A DNA stretch of 64,000 nucleotides, from the NCBI GenBank assembly GCA_964016885.1, contig OZ024745.1:66154001-66218000 (forward strand). Reading direction: 5' to 3'. This DNA is from Eledone cirrhosa. Taxonomy: Eukaryota. Made by a program: the position numbers and the translations under genes. Under the pieces are notes generated by a model. That model saw only the letters and a program-made list of their open reading frames with translations. It had not been told where the DNA came from and did not search any database. Numbering within the stretch: position 1 is the stretch's first letter; every line of letters starts with the position of its first letter. This document shows positions 16,150-28,719 of this stretch, piece by piece.

Positions 16150-16978
16150 ATTTCTTCTCTGCTCTCTACGCCTTACATCCACTACGATTTTTTTACCTTC
16201 TGAACTCACTTTCTGTACTCTTATAGTCTTTATCTCCCTTATCTCCCTTTATATTTAAACCTTTTCCTATGTCATTTATTTTCCTTATCCCCCCCCCCCT
16301 ACTTTCTACCTTACCCTTTACATACCCACCTTTTTATTTTTAGATATTTATTTCTGTGTGTGCGTTGCGTATATGTGTATATATGTATATATATGTGTAT
16401 GTATATGTATGTGTATATATGTTTATATATATCTGTATGTATATGTATGTGTGTATTTAATTGCATTTTACATGCTTCTGTTGTATTTGTGTGTGTGTGT
16501 ATATATATATATATGGATATATGTGTGTGTGTGTGTGTGTTTATATTTGTGTGTATTTTTATATAATTGTTTATGTGTGTATATATATAATAGCCTCAGA
16601 AACGACTTGTTCTCTGCCGTCGGGGTCATACTGTTTCCTATATGTATATATATATATATACGTATATGTATGTATATGTATGTATATATATATGTGTGTA
16701 TTTGTATGGTTGTGTGTGTGTGTATATATATATATATATGTATATGTATATATGTATGTGTATGTATATGCATAATTATATACAGTGATTTAATGCTTAT
16801 TTTCATTGATCATTTGCTCCAGGAAATTATTGAGTGCTCTAAATCAGCTAGAAACATTTATACCCTTTTCTAATTATTTATTTATTTATTATTTGTCGTA
16901 TTTCCAACTTTCACATTTTTATTTTTATATATATATAATATTTATTTATTTTCTTATATATGTGTGTATGTGTGTATG

Positions 16979-17030
<52 letters not shown>

Positions 17031-17201
17031 AACGAGTAGGACCCCGACGGCTGAGCTCAAGCCGTTTCGACGGCTAATTCTGGATTTAAAAAAATGCGTT
17101 ATGATCCACTTGGTTCCTTACCACATTTCTTTCGTTATATATATATAGCCCCAGCATGGCCTCAGCCGGATGGCTGAAACAGGTAAAAGAGTATATATAT
17201 A

Positions 17202-18470
17202 TAAGTATATATTACACAAAGAGAAGTGCGTTACACAGTGAGATGTGTGTAAAGAATTATTACAAGTGATTTTACCCTTACTGTATAGGGAACAATATCT
17301 ATAGGTTAACAATTGAATAGAAAAAAAACAATTCAGAATCAAATCTCTGGATTAGAGTTTTAAATCACAAACCTTATAACTATATTTTGCTGATACGAAT
17401 CTAGCTTCGTTTCACCACTTATATGTGCAGTATCAGTTCACAGGATCTTCAGTCAGCAAATGCGAACACTGAACACTACACATCTAACCTCATGGATAGA
17501 GAGATTGCAAATAGACACGCTGGCCAGAATAGGACGAAATCACGTGTTATTTGCATCAAATAACCGTTCTCATGGATTGGGGAAGATGTTAGAAAGTGCA
17601 GCCCAACCATTCGAATTATTAACTCAACAATTTGGAGCTCATTAAGTATACAAAGATCGGAATTAAGAGTATTCCGCAGTTCACTGTAATAATAATAATA
17701 ATAGTATTAGCTCAAAGAAGAATAGAGAATTTCCTTCTGAGCTCAAATGCAAGTATATATTACACAAAGAGAAGTGTGTTACACAGTGAGATGTATGAAA
17801 GAATTATTACAAGTGATTTTACCGTTACTGTATAGGGAACAATATCTACAAGTTAGCAATTGAATAGAAAAAAACCAATTCAGAATCAAATCTCTGGATT
17901 AGAGTTTTAAATCACAAACCTTATAACTATATTTTGCTGATACGAATCTAGCTTCGTTTCACCACTTATATGTGCAGTATCAGTTCACAGGATCTTCAGT
18001 CAGCAAATGCGAACACTGAACACTACACATCTAACCTCATGGATAGAGAGATTGCAAATAGACACGCTGGCCAGAGTAGGACGAAATCACGTGTTATTTG
18101 CATCAAATAACGGCTCTCATGGATTCCTGTGAACTGATACTGCACATATAAGTGGGGAAACGAAGCTAGATTCGTATCAGCAAAATATAGTTATAAGGTT
18201 TGTGATTTAAAACTCTAATCCAGAGATTTGATTCTGAATTGGTTTTTTTCTATTCAATTGCTAACCTGTAGATATTGTTCCCTATACAGTAACGGTAAAA
18301 TCACTTGTAATAATTCTTTACACACATCTCACTGTGTAACACACTTCTCTTTGTGTAATATATACTTGCATTTGAGCTCAGAAGGAAATTCTCTATTCTT
18401 CTTTGAGCTAATACTATTATTATTATTATTACAGTGAATTGCGGAATACTCTTAATTCCGATCTTTGTAT
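17202..18470 (-). mobile_element. Non-coding tandem hammerhead element (547-bp unit) with an inverted partial copy
   Basis: 17202-17577 repeats directly at 17749-18124. 18125-18470 is the reverse complement of 17647-17993. HHRs at 17386-17460 and 17933-18007: TTTGCTGA-CTGAAGA-...-GAAA-CGAA(GCTAGA)TTCG-TA-TCAGCAAA. Confidence 0.8.
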
Positions 18471-20147
18471 ATATATCTTCGGAGCAACTATTTAGTGATC
18501 TATAACATACTTGACCTCCTTTTCAACACAAGAGACATATAAAACATATGCACATACTGATCCACAGTGGGATGACATCCATCAAAATGATATAGCATGG
18601 CAATTTACATATAAAGGTTAAAGGATAAAAATAAAAATAAAAATAAAAATAAAAATAAAAATAAAAATAAAAATAAAAATAAAAATAAAAATAAAAATAA
18701 AAATAAAAATAAAAATGAAGCATTGGCAGTTTATGAAGATAAAGCAAGAGGAAAGTTTAGAGTAGTCAGTGTATGAAACAATCTCACGTGTAGCATGCAC
18801 GCGTGTCTTATTTATACAGAGTTAGAGTGCGTCAGATTGTTATTTGCAGGGTCAGGCAGTTGAAGCAGGCAATCGATATTATTATGTGGGCTGAATTATT
18901 AAATCATTTTTTCGCATACACCTGTATGATATACAGTCCCGAATGTAGAGAAACACGAAAATATCAAAAATTTCAAACATATTATAAAACATATTATATC
19001 GTAGGCAAAACAGTACCACTGTCTTCGCGCACACCATCACTCACATAATCCATGAGACGCAATATATAGACCACGGGTCTATCATATAATTCACGATGGT
19101 TCAGCATATAACTAAGTTATAAACCGTATCTTGTCGATTCTTAATTAATAGATCATCTTGTTTAGTTTTGTGTGATGATATTATATTCCGGAAGTGTCTG
19201 TATGACCAAGGGGAATTAATGCGTAAGGGGAAGTAACTAGATGGTTTTCTTAGTTAAATTTATTATCCTAAATTACATTAATGGTGTTTCAAATAAGTGC
19301 CTATCATATGATGTTATAACTAATTTCTAGATTATGTTACTTATTTATAGGTTACAGTGTTGTCTATTAAGAAGTACTAAGGTGTATTTATCAGGATGAT
19401 TACCTTCTATTAAGGGGTGTCATATCTGAACATTCTATAAGAAGAGTCAGACCCCCAAATCAATGTTCTTTGTAAATGTAATTCCTCCCGCAGGACCTGG
19501 CATGATCCTATTATTATATATGACACCCGGTAAGCTCTGGATCATTGTATGTCTGAATTCTTGGTAAATCTGAATATCTCCAGGCTGGTCCGGAGATCAA
19601 ATTTCTCATATAAAGACACCAGTCTGGCTATCAAACAATAGATTAACTCCCATCTCATATATAAATTAAATTAGGTATCTTATCTACAAATTAGGGTGGA
19701 GTCTATTAATAGGTACTAAAGGAGTTCATATCATGATGATTACGATCTGGAGATCAAATCTCTAACCCTGTATAAATAAGACACGCGTGCATGCTACACG
19801 TGAGATTGTTTCATACACTGACTGCTCTAAACTTTCCTCTTGCTTTATATTCATAAACTGCCAATGCTTCATTTTTATTTTCATTTTTATTTTTATTTTT
19901 ATTTTTATTTTTATTTTTATTTTTATTTTTATTTTTATTTTTATTTTTATTTTTATTTTTATTTTTATTTTTATTTTTATTTTTATTTTTATTTTTATTT
20001 TTATTTTTATCCTTTAACCTTTATATGTAAATTGCCATGCTATATCATTTTGATGGATGTCATCCCACTGTGGATCAGTATGTGCATATGTTTTATATGT
20101 CTCTTGTGTTGAAAAGGAGGTCAAGTATGTTATAGATCACTAAATAG

Positions 20148-20196
20148 TTGCTCCGAAGAATCCAAACCTCGGTTTGGAGGAAACAATTGTAAGCAA
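20148..20196 (+). ncRNA. Hammerhead motif in Naiad pLTR, U4C core variant; second copy at 24947-24995
   Basis: TTGCT-CCGAAGA-A-TCCAAAC(CTCG)GTTTGGA-G-GAAA-CAATTG-TA-AGCAA. Stem III is replaced by the palindromic hexamer CAATTG. Confidence 0.7.
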
Positions 20197-20450
20197 ATAA
20201 ATGATTTAAACTGAACTTTGATTATTGTAATCTCTATATAACTGCTCTGTAAAACAACCGATGTTATTACATTGAGCTATTTATCTTACTGGTAATAAGA
20301 TAGTAATTAATGACTATCTTTCACCATTTAGGGTTTGTATAAAAAATATATAACCATAAAAAGGTTTTATTACATACATAACCATAAATAGTATCCTTAA
20401 TACTAATAACTGCTCCATATTGTTGAGCTGATATACAATAAATTACCAGC

Positions 20451-22920
20451 ATGCTGATCAAAGACCAACTCCCTATGTCAACCAAGAACATACCTATACC
20501 ACCCAAAAATACATATGAAAAGTTATTGATCAACAGTGTAAACTCCTTTATCAATAGAGTGAGATGGAGGATATTCCATTATGATAAAAACAAATCTAGC
20601 AAGGATAATAATACCAACAAATTTGACTCCTTCGGCTTTAAAACCTATAGAAGCCCGCCTCATAACACAATACTAAACCACTTCGAAAACGACCTAATAA
20701 AACTAGTTAAGAATATTAAATACAAAAAACACCGTAATAAAAACAACACCTTCTTAAACAAACTTAGCACCTCTATTAATGATTTCAAAACTAGTAGTAA
20801 AATGTTTGTACATGCCGACAAAACTAATAACATATACAGCCTAGATTATAATACATATAGAATGTTTATATATAATGAACTACATAAAAGCTACAAGAAA
20901 ACCACTATGAAAAACTTAGAAGATATTAATATGGAAGGCTATAATATAGTATCCAAACTAGGGCTCCAGAGACATACACAACCTTACACCCCAAAACCCC
21001 TAGATTCTCTCTGAAGGACCATAAGGAGGACTTCATTAGCAACCCCTCGATTAGACTCATCTGCCCCTCCAAGTCTGACATTGGCATTATCAGTAAAAAA
21101 ATTCTAGATAAAATCATCCCACAGATTAAACACAAGATTTACCTTAAACAATGGGGAAATACGGGTGAAGTGATTGAATGGTTCAAAAATATCAAAGATA
21201 ACAAGGATAACAAATTTATTCAATTTGATATCAATTCTTACTACACCTCTATTTCCCCTATCCTACTAAATAAGGCACTTATAATGGCCATGGACAATAG
21301 TGACCTGACTAGACCCCAGATTGATGTCATACTTTCTGCCCGTAAAACACTAATCACCTTTGAAGACCAATTATGGACCCGCAAAGATACGCAAAACAAC
21401 TTCGACATTACCATGGGGTCTAGTGACTCGGCGCAGGTCACTGATTTAGTCGGCCTATATTTACTTAACCAAATCCATAGGGACCTTCCTTACCTCAGCG
21501 GTGGTTTGTATCGCGACGATGCACTTCTACTTATAGATTATAAAAAATTCAATATAGAAAGAACTAGAAAACTATTGCACAAAACATTCAAAAATTATAA
21601 CCTTAGTATTACCATGGACAAAAACACCACAAACGTCAACTTCCTAGACGCCACACTCTACTTAGACTCAATGATATATGCACCTTTCCACAAACCTAAT
21701 GAAAAACTCATCTACGTAGATACCAAGTCTAACCACCCTAGATCTAAATTAAACTCTATCTCTAAGGGAGTATCTAATAGAATCTCTAATCTATCCTATG
21801 ACATAAACACATTTAACAATAACTCGCAGTATTATAATCAGGCATTAGCTAGATCAGGCCATAATACAGGGATAGAGTTCCTACCTACAAAAACGCATAG
21901 CTCCAACATTATTTCACACAACATGTCCATGGGAAAATTTAATAATAGGAATAGCAACCACACACACACTAATAGAGATGGTAACAACAAAAGTAACCTA
22001 CACCACAGAAATTACCATAGTAGCATTAAAGGAAACAAATCACCAGACATAAAAAACAGAAATAGAAGAAGAAATAATACATTTTTCAACCCTCCTTTCA
22101 ATCTAAACGTCTCTACCAACCTACCTAGGGCTTTCTTCTCACTACTGGATAAACACTTCCCATCCGGCCACAGGTACCATAGCCTTTTAAACAAAAACAC
22201 TATTAAAATCTCATACTCTACTACGCCTAACTTAGCATACCACATAGCTAGTAGCAATAAAAGAAAAATTAATTCTTACTTCCAACAAACTAAATCACAA
22301 CAGACGATAAACCTTCAAAATAACATTCAAAATAACATTATAGCAACTAACCATAATATCAATGGAAATAATAGTATTAGTACTAGTGTAAACATTAACG
22401 CTGCGAACGACAACCCACATAACCATAACCCTATAGCTAACATCCAAACTTCTACACAGCATAGTAACCGGCAGACTAGCACCCAGAATAATTGTAACTG
22501 TAGATCAAATAGGACCTGCCCTTCAGATAAAAAATGCTTAACCAAGGATATCATATACTCATGTACAGTCACAACTAACGACTCTTCTGAAACCTATATA
22601 GGCTCTACTTCTAACTGCTTCAAAACTAGATACAATTCGCACCTCCACTCTTTCAAAAAACACAGTCTAGCCAACTCCACTTCACTATCTAGCTATATAC
22701 ACTATCTAAAAACTAAAAATAAAATATATACACTTAAATGGGAAGTGGTAGGTAGTGCAACATCGTACAAACCACCTAATAAATTGTGTAACCTCTGTCT
22801 ACTAGAGACCCATACTATCATCTTCTCTAATATAATCTCCTTAATAAAAAATCAGAAGTGTTCGCATCTTGCCAACACCGCTTCCGACACTCTTTCCAAA
22901 ACTTTAAACCCTATATATAA
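20451..22920 (+). pseudogene. Naiad-type PLE RT / GIY-YIG ORF with two frameshifts
   Basis: N-terminal motifs STKNIPIP, NRVRWR, FGFKT and ADKTNNIY. After the shift at ~20996: LKDHK..IRLICPSKSDIG, QFDINSYYTSI, FDITMGSSDSAQV, GLYRDD, CNCR..CP...C, YIGSTSNCFKTRY..H and CNLC. After the shift at ~22830: LLNKKSEVFASCQH...stop at 22920. Confidence 0.93.
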
Positions 22921-23504
22921 CAATGTCAGACTGGAACCGTCACCACTCCTAGCAATTAGCATCAGTAGCACACCTTACACTTCATCTCCACACCCATTTA
23001 TATACTCTAAGGGTAATACTGGCAGCATTATAGTACCATCTACCCTGGGGATACCCCCATGTACTTCTAATTCTGATATCTCGGCCGTGGATTACTTAAA
23101 CTGCATTGCACAAATATATGATTAATATAAACTGTAGACACGGTATTGGTTGTGCTAACATAATCCTGTGCATGGAATGCCACCATGAGATAGATTGATG
23201 ATTAAGTAGGTAATCTTATTGTTATGTGACTATATATCCTATACGATCAGTACAATGAATTATGCACAGGTGATACATGAGTTAGGAGTTTCTGTGTTGC
23301 TTGATGACCTGATTAGTATCTTTTGATGAGAGAACTGGCCCCCGGACCACCCTGGTGAATTTACCGGGGATGCAGTCATACAATGACCTGAAACTTGCCG
23401 GGAGTCTTGTATGATAATAAGACCATTATTAGTAGTGAGACCCATATAATTAATTGTGTAGTCTGACTCTTCTTATAGATTGTCCAGGTGTGGCACTCAA
23501 TATT

Positions 23505-23818
23505 AGATTGTAATCATCATGATATGAACTCCTTTAGTACTTATTAATAGACTCCACTCTAATTTGTAGATAAGATACCTAATTTAATTTATATATGAGA
23601 TGGGAGTTCATGTATTGCTTGATGGCCAGACTGGTGTCTTTATATGAGAGATTTGATCTCCAGATTGTAATCATCATGATATGAATTCCTTTAGTACCTA
23701 TTAATAGACTCCACTCTAGTTTGTAGATAAGATACCTAATTTAATTTATATATGAGATGGGAGTTAATCTATTGCTTGATGGCCAGACTGGTGTCTTTAT
23801 ATGAGAAATTTGATCTCC
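23505..23818 (+). repeat. ~156-bp tandem duplication in the Naiad 3' UTR
   Basis: AGATTGTAATCATCATGATATGAA...GATTTGATCTCC occurs twice. An older, diverged duplication links ~23340-23530 and ~23818-24020. Confidence 0.85.
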
Positions 23819-25059
23819 GGACCAGCCTGGAGATATTCAGATTTACCAAGGATTCAGACATACAATGACCCAGAGCTTACCGGGAGTCATATATAATAAT
23901 AGGACCATGCCAGGTCCTGCGGTAGGAATTACATTTACAAAGAACATTGATTTGGGGGTTTGACTCTTCTTATAGAATGTTCAGATATGACACCCCTTAA
24001 TAGAAGGTAATCATCCTGATATATACACCTTAGTACTTCTTATTAGACAACACTGTAACCTATAAATAAGTAACATAATCTAGAAATTAGTTATAACATC
24101 ATATGATAGGCACTTATTTGAAACACCATTAATGTAATTTAGGATAATAAATTTAACTAAGAAAACCATCTAGTTACTTCCCCTTACGCATTAATTCCCC
24201 TTGGTCATACAGACACTTCCGGAATATAATATCATCACACAAAACTAAACAAGATGATCTATTAATTAAGAATCAACAAGATACGGTTTATAACTTGGTT
24301 ATATGCTGAACCATCGTGAATTATATGATAGACCCGTGGTCTATATATTGCGTCTCATGGATTATGTGAGTGATGGTGTGCGCGAAGACAGTGGTACTGT
24401 TTTGCCTACGATATAATATGTTTTATAATATGTTTGAAATTTTTGATATTTTCGTGTTTCTCTACATTCGGGACTGTATATCATACAGGTGTATGCGAAA
24501 AAATGATTTAATAATTCAGCCCACATAATAATATCGATTGCCTGCTTCAATTGCCTGACCCTGCAAATAACAATCTGACGCACTCTAACCCTGTATAAAT
24601 AAGACACGCGTGCATGCTACACGTGAGATTGTTTCATACACTGACTACTCTAAACTTTCCTCTTGCTTTATCTTCATAAACTGCCAATGCTTCATTTTTA
24701 TTTTCATTTTTATTTTTATTTTTATTTTTATTTTTATTTTTATTTTTATTTTTATTTTTATTTTTATTTTTATTTTTATTTTTATTTTTATTTTTATTTT
24801 TATTTTTATCCTTTAACCTTTATATGTAAATTGCCATGCTATATCATTTTGATGGATGTCATCCCACTGTGGATCAGTATGTGCATATGTTTTATATGTC
24901 CCTTGTGTTGAAAAGGAGGTCAAGTATGTTATAGATCACTAAATAGTTGCTCCGAAGAATCCAAACCTCGGTTTGGAGGAAATATTTGTAAGCAAATAAA
25001 TGATTTAAACTGAACTTTGATTATTGTAATCTATATATATATATGTATATATATATATA

Positions 25060-25090
<31 letters not shown>

Positions 25091-25587
25091 ATGTGTATAT
25101 GTATGTGTGTGTGTGTATGTATTTATTTTTATGTGTGTATGTGCAATTGTGTGTATTGCTTACCACGTGTGTTTGTTCATTTATTTGTTGTCTATATCGC
25201 TGTCAACTTTATAATAGTTTTTACATTTATTTTTATTCTTATGTGACGGTATTTTTATTATAATATTTTTTCTTATAATTATTTGTGTGTGTGCATATGT
25301 AGGTGTGTATACATATATCCATATTTGTGTATGCGTATGTATGCTTGTATATATGTGTGTATGTATATGTGTGTATGTATGTGTGTATATATGTATGATT
25401 GTGTGTATGTTTGTATATATAGATGTATATATATATATATATATAAATATATACATATATACATGTATGTGTGTGTGTGTGTTTGTGTATTTGTATGTAT
25501 GTGAATGTATGAATAAGTTGATATATATTTTTCTATGTATGTATATGTATATGTATGTGTATTTGTACGTGTATGTATATGTGTATG

Positions 25588-25650
<63 letters not shown>

Positions 25651-25820
25651 AAATGTATGTATGTATATATATGTGTATGTATATATGTGTGTGTATGTAA
25701 TTGTGTGCGTGTGTGCATGTGTGTTTATTTTTCCTTTCCTTCTTCCTTTTCCAGCCTCACTTTCATATAGATTATATTTTTGTTTTTAAAATCAAATGTC
25801 CATAAATACACCAGGATTTT

Positions 25821-25879
25821 TTCATTCTGATGATTGAAAACAAAATTTGTTTGCTTTCAAGAAACCACTGGTAAATGAA
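25821..25879 (+). ncRNA. Canonical hammerhead ribozyme motif; inverted copy at 11236-11294 has GAAA changed to GGAA
   Basis: TTCATT-CTGATGA-TTGAAA(A)CAAA...TTTG(C)TTTCAA-GAAA-CCACTGG-TA-AATGAA. All three stems can form. Confidence 0.85.
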
Positions 25880-26151
25880 ATAATTGCCTTATGTTGTTTA
25901 TTACATAACTATTAAACTCTGTAACCTACATAGAGCACTCTTCTTTCCTGGACCTTTCCGACAGAATTACTTCATTCACACATATATATATATATATATA
26001 ATCAGTTCTGTATGAGCAACACAGGGTCACCTGTCCTAGCATTGCCCACAAAAGGAAAAGGACAACTCGTTTAACCCCGGCTTATGTGTAAGAATGGACG
26101 TAAAATGATGATTATGATGATGATATATATATAATATATTATATATATATT

Positions 26152-26252
26152 ATAGGAAAAGAGTCAGGACCCCGATGGCCGAGCCCCGGCCACCCAGACA
26201 GCCAGATCCGAACTGTTCGGATCTGGCTGCCAGGTCCTGACTCTTTTCTGAT
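26152..26252. other. GC-rich three-way-junction sequence between (TA)n tracts
   Basis: Outer stem GAAAAGAGTCAGGACC/GGTCCTGACTCTTTTC encloses hairpins TGGCCG/CGGCCA and CAGCCAGATCCGAAC/GTTCGGATCTGGCTG. Confidence 0.8.
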
Positions 26253-26972
26253 TACCCTCTCCACTACCCTAACTATTGAGTACCCTGGTGCATTATCACT
26301 TTCTTTGTTATATATATATATATATATGGGTATATATGTATGTGTATGTCCTTGCATTTGTGTTTACATAATGGTTCAACAAATAAAGATCAGTATGAGG
26401 AGTACTAGACATGAGGTGTAATATAAACATCAGGTGTAATATGATCGATAGGAGCTCTTGAAAGCAATGCTCTGAGATGGCCACTGGCTAATGACTGAAA
26501 CCAGTTACAGAATAAAATAATAATTGACACTCTTATTCGTCCTTAGATACTAAAAATATTTATTTCTTCTGTTGTTTCTAGAGCTCATATTTATCAAGGA
26601 ATAGAAAAGAAATGTTATTTTTCAGAAAATATAATAAACAAAGCAATATCAAACAATTCTGTAAAGGAAAAACCCTATAACTGCAGCCAATAATGATACA
26701 AACAATATTGATTTCTTATATTAAGACAAGGTATCTTGATAGTCAATTTAGCCTCGAAGTAACATTAATTTTTAAAGAAACAGATTCTAGAGAATAAAGG
26801 GCAAACTAACAGGTTTTAATCATACAGTTTATAGAAAGATAGTGAATAGGCATAATGGTTGGTATTTAGGATAGAAAATATGCTGTAATAGGGTACAATA
26901 AACACAGACATACAGAGAACATTTAAAAATATATTTAAGATTTTCAAGACTTGAGATTATTCTTGTTGCCTC

Positions 26973-27153
26973 GCATTATGATAGAGGGTCGGACGCCATG
27001 CTTTGCAGCAAAGAGTTACGTCCCTTTATGGTCTTAGTTCAAATCCCGCCGAGGTTAACTTTGCCTTTCATCCTTACGGGGTCGATAAAATAAAGCACCA
27101 GTAATACACTGGGATAATTGCTGGCCTTGTGCCAAATGTAGAAACAATTATGA
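26973..27153 (+). mobile_element. SINE family B (tRNA-like head, conserved central domain)
   Basis: B-box-like AGTTCAAATCCC, centre GCCTTTCATCCTTACGGGGTCGATAAAATAA and tail GTAGAAACAATTATGAT. Further copies at 48225-48416 and 50911-51097. Confidence 0.8.
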
Positions 27154-27334
27154 TATATATATATATATATGCTTCGTTTTTTAATTTTTTTTGTAAGATT
27201 TCTTATCTGAAAAGGTGTGTTGAAACAGATATTGTTATACTTTGGGAGGGTTGTGCTGCTATGGGTTTCACTTCAATTTATTATGAATATCAGGAAATTT
27301 ATAATAAATTAAAGTGAAACTAAGGTGCATGTGG

Positions 27335-27507
27335 TTTTGTTGGCAGCATGACCTTCCCAAAGTATAACAATATATGTGTATATATATATACACATTTATA
27401 TATATATATATACACACACACATATATATATATAAAATACATACATATATATATACATATATATATATATACATATTGTTATGCTTTAGGAGGGTCATGA
27501 TTTACAA
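27335..27507. repeat. Small inverted repeat around a microsatellite
   Basis: CATGACCTTCCCAAAGTATAACAATAT / ATATTGTTATGCTTTAGGAGGGTCATG. Confidence 0.65.
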
Positions 27508-28194
27508 AAAATATATATACATACATATATACATGGTGGCTGCCAACTCGTTTTCGAGTACGGCCACTACTTTATATCCATGTAGGAGAACCCCTACCGA
27601 TGCGCTGAACGAGTGTGACTTTTTAGTCCAGCCAGCAACTTGAAAACTCTGGTACAAACACTACACTTATGACAATTATTGACACATTGGTGAGCCCATG
27701 GTACCATGTGACGACAAGTGCAGAGAGATCTCCAGATATAAAGCAATGCCTGTACCGTTTAAGCTTTTATAGTGAGCAAAGGCACTGCACAAAGCCAGTC
27801 CCACTCTCTTAACCAAGATGATATTTACCTAAAAAAAGAACAAGTCAACATCATTGGATACCATCAGGGTTGTAGGTGTTATATGAAAATTTTCCTTCTC
27901 CTAGAATTCTGCCTTGACAAAGGCTAATGGGTCATCTCTCCCGGTGATTTTGGATGGCCATTGACTCTTAAGAGCTCCTTTGCCCTTTGACAGGTTTTGT
28001 TTTTAGTCCTGCAGGATGTCCAAAGTCACCCTGCTCACCAAGACACCTTGGTGGGGTTGACACTATGCAGTAATACAGAAGACCTACCTTAGCTTGCACA
28101 CGGACTTACACTTATACTCAGTAGGCACCTCCTAATCCAATATACACCTCCCTTCCATTTCTGTCCACATGACCCTTACTCTGTTAAGTTATGT

Positions 28195-28460
28195 TGGTAC
28201 CACAAAACATCCAACCCACACTGTAAAGTGGTTGTGTAGGTGTCACAACAAAAAGCATCCAGTCCACACTGTAAAGTGGTCATGTAGGAAACATGGGAAA
28301 AAGCACCCACCACGCACTGTGAATGTGGTTGGCGTTAGGAAGGGCAACCAGCCATAGCAAACCAGCCCAAAACAGTCCTTTATGAGCGAGACACAGTCAC
28401 CTGACCCAACTTGCCTCAAATGAGACAAACCTGTCTAACCCATACTAGCGTGTATGGGTT
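28195..28460 (+). mobile_element. Diverged fragment related to SINE family A, with three tandem internal units
   Basis: Repeated AAAAGCA(T/C)CC...CACTGT(A/G)AA.GTGGT units followed by GTTGGCGTTAGGAAGGGCA. Confidence 0.6.
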
Positions 28461-28719
28461 AGCGTCTAACCCTATAATGCTTGATGGAGTCGTAGGTGTG
28501 TCATAGTGATACATCACATTTCTTGGGCATTTTATACCTGACAGAGCCCAACCTCTCTATGGGTCTGTACATAGCTGATTTCTTCCAGAGAAGTAAAATG
28601 AGGGAGTGAATGATAGAGAAGTGAGAAACATATAGAGGAAGAACTTAAGTAATGTACACTTCTTAGTGGCTTCAAAAGGATGTAACAAAATAAAATAATT
28701 CTACTTCTTCTTCTTTGCC

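Larger units (their letters stand above)
18476..25037 (+). mobile_element. Near full-length Naiad-type PLE: inverted 3' copy + pLTR + ORF + 3' UTR + pLTR
   Basis: Direct pLTRs at 19760-20240 and 24583-25037, each with (TTTTTA)n and an HHR. 18476-19763 is the reverse complement of 23648-24957. ORF spans 20451-22920. Confidence 0.93.
11203..25980 (+). mobile_element. Naiad-type PLE (outer element) with a long inverted 5' copy, interrupted by nested insertions
   Basis: 11203-14043, minus two inserted palindromes, is the reverse complement of 15873-17000 joined to 25050-25912. ORF remnants span 14044-16149. A terminal HHR lies at 25821-25879. Confidence 0.75.

Noticed and set aside
18803-19048. 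81-aa ORF identical to 24362-24607
   Set aside because: The identity comes from the recent inverted duplication. It is antisense to the element and has no recognisable motif.
14044-22920. Selenocysteine recoding, as reported for some Naiads
   Set aside because: The zinc-finger Cys positions read as TGT/TGC in these copies. The premature stops are TAG or result from frameshifts, and I could not identify a SECIS by eye. A SECISearch run on the 3' UTRs would be decisive.
22830-23125. C-terminal extension of the 651-aa ORF
   Set aside because: This is a frameshift artefact. The conserved LN.KSE...C.H terminus is in another frame and ends at 22920.
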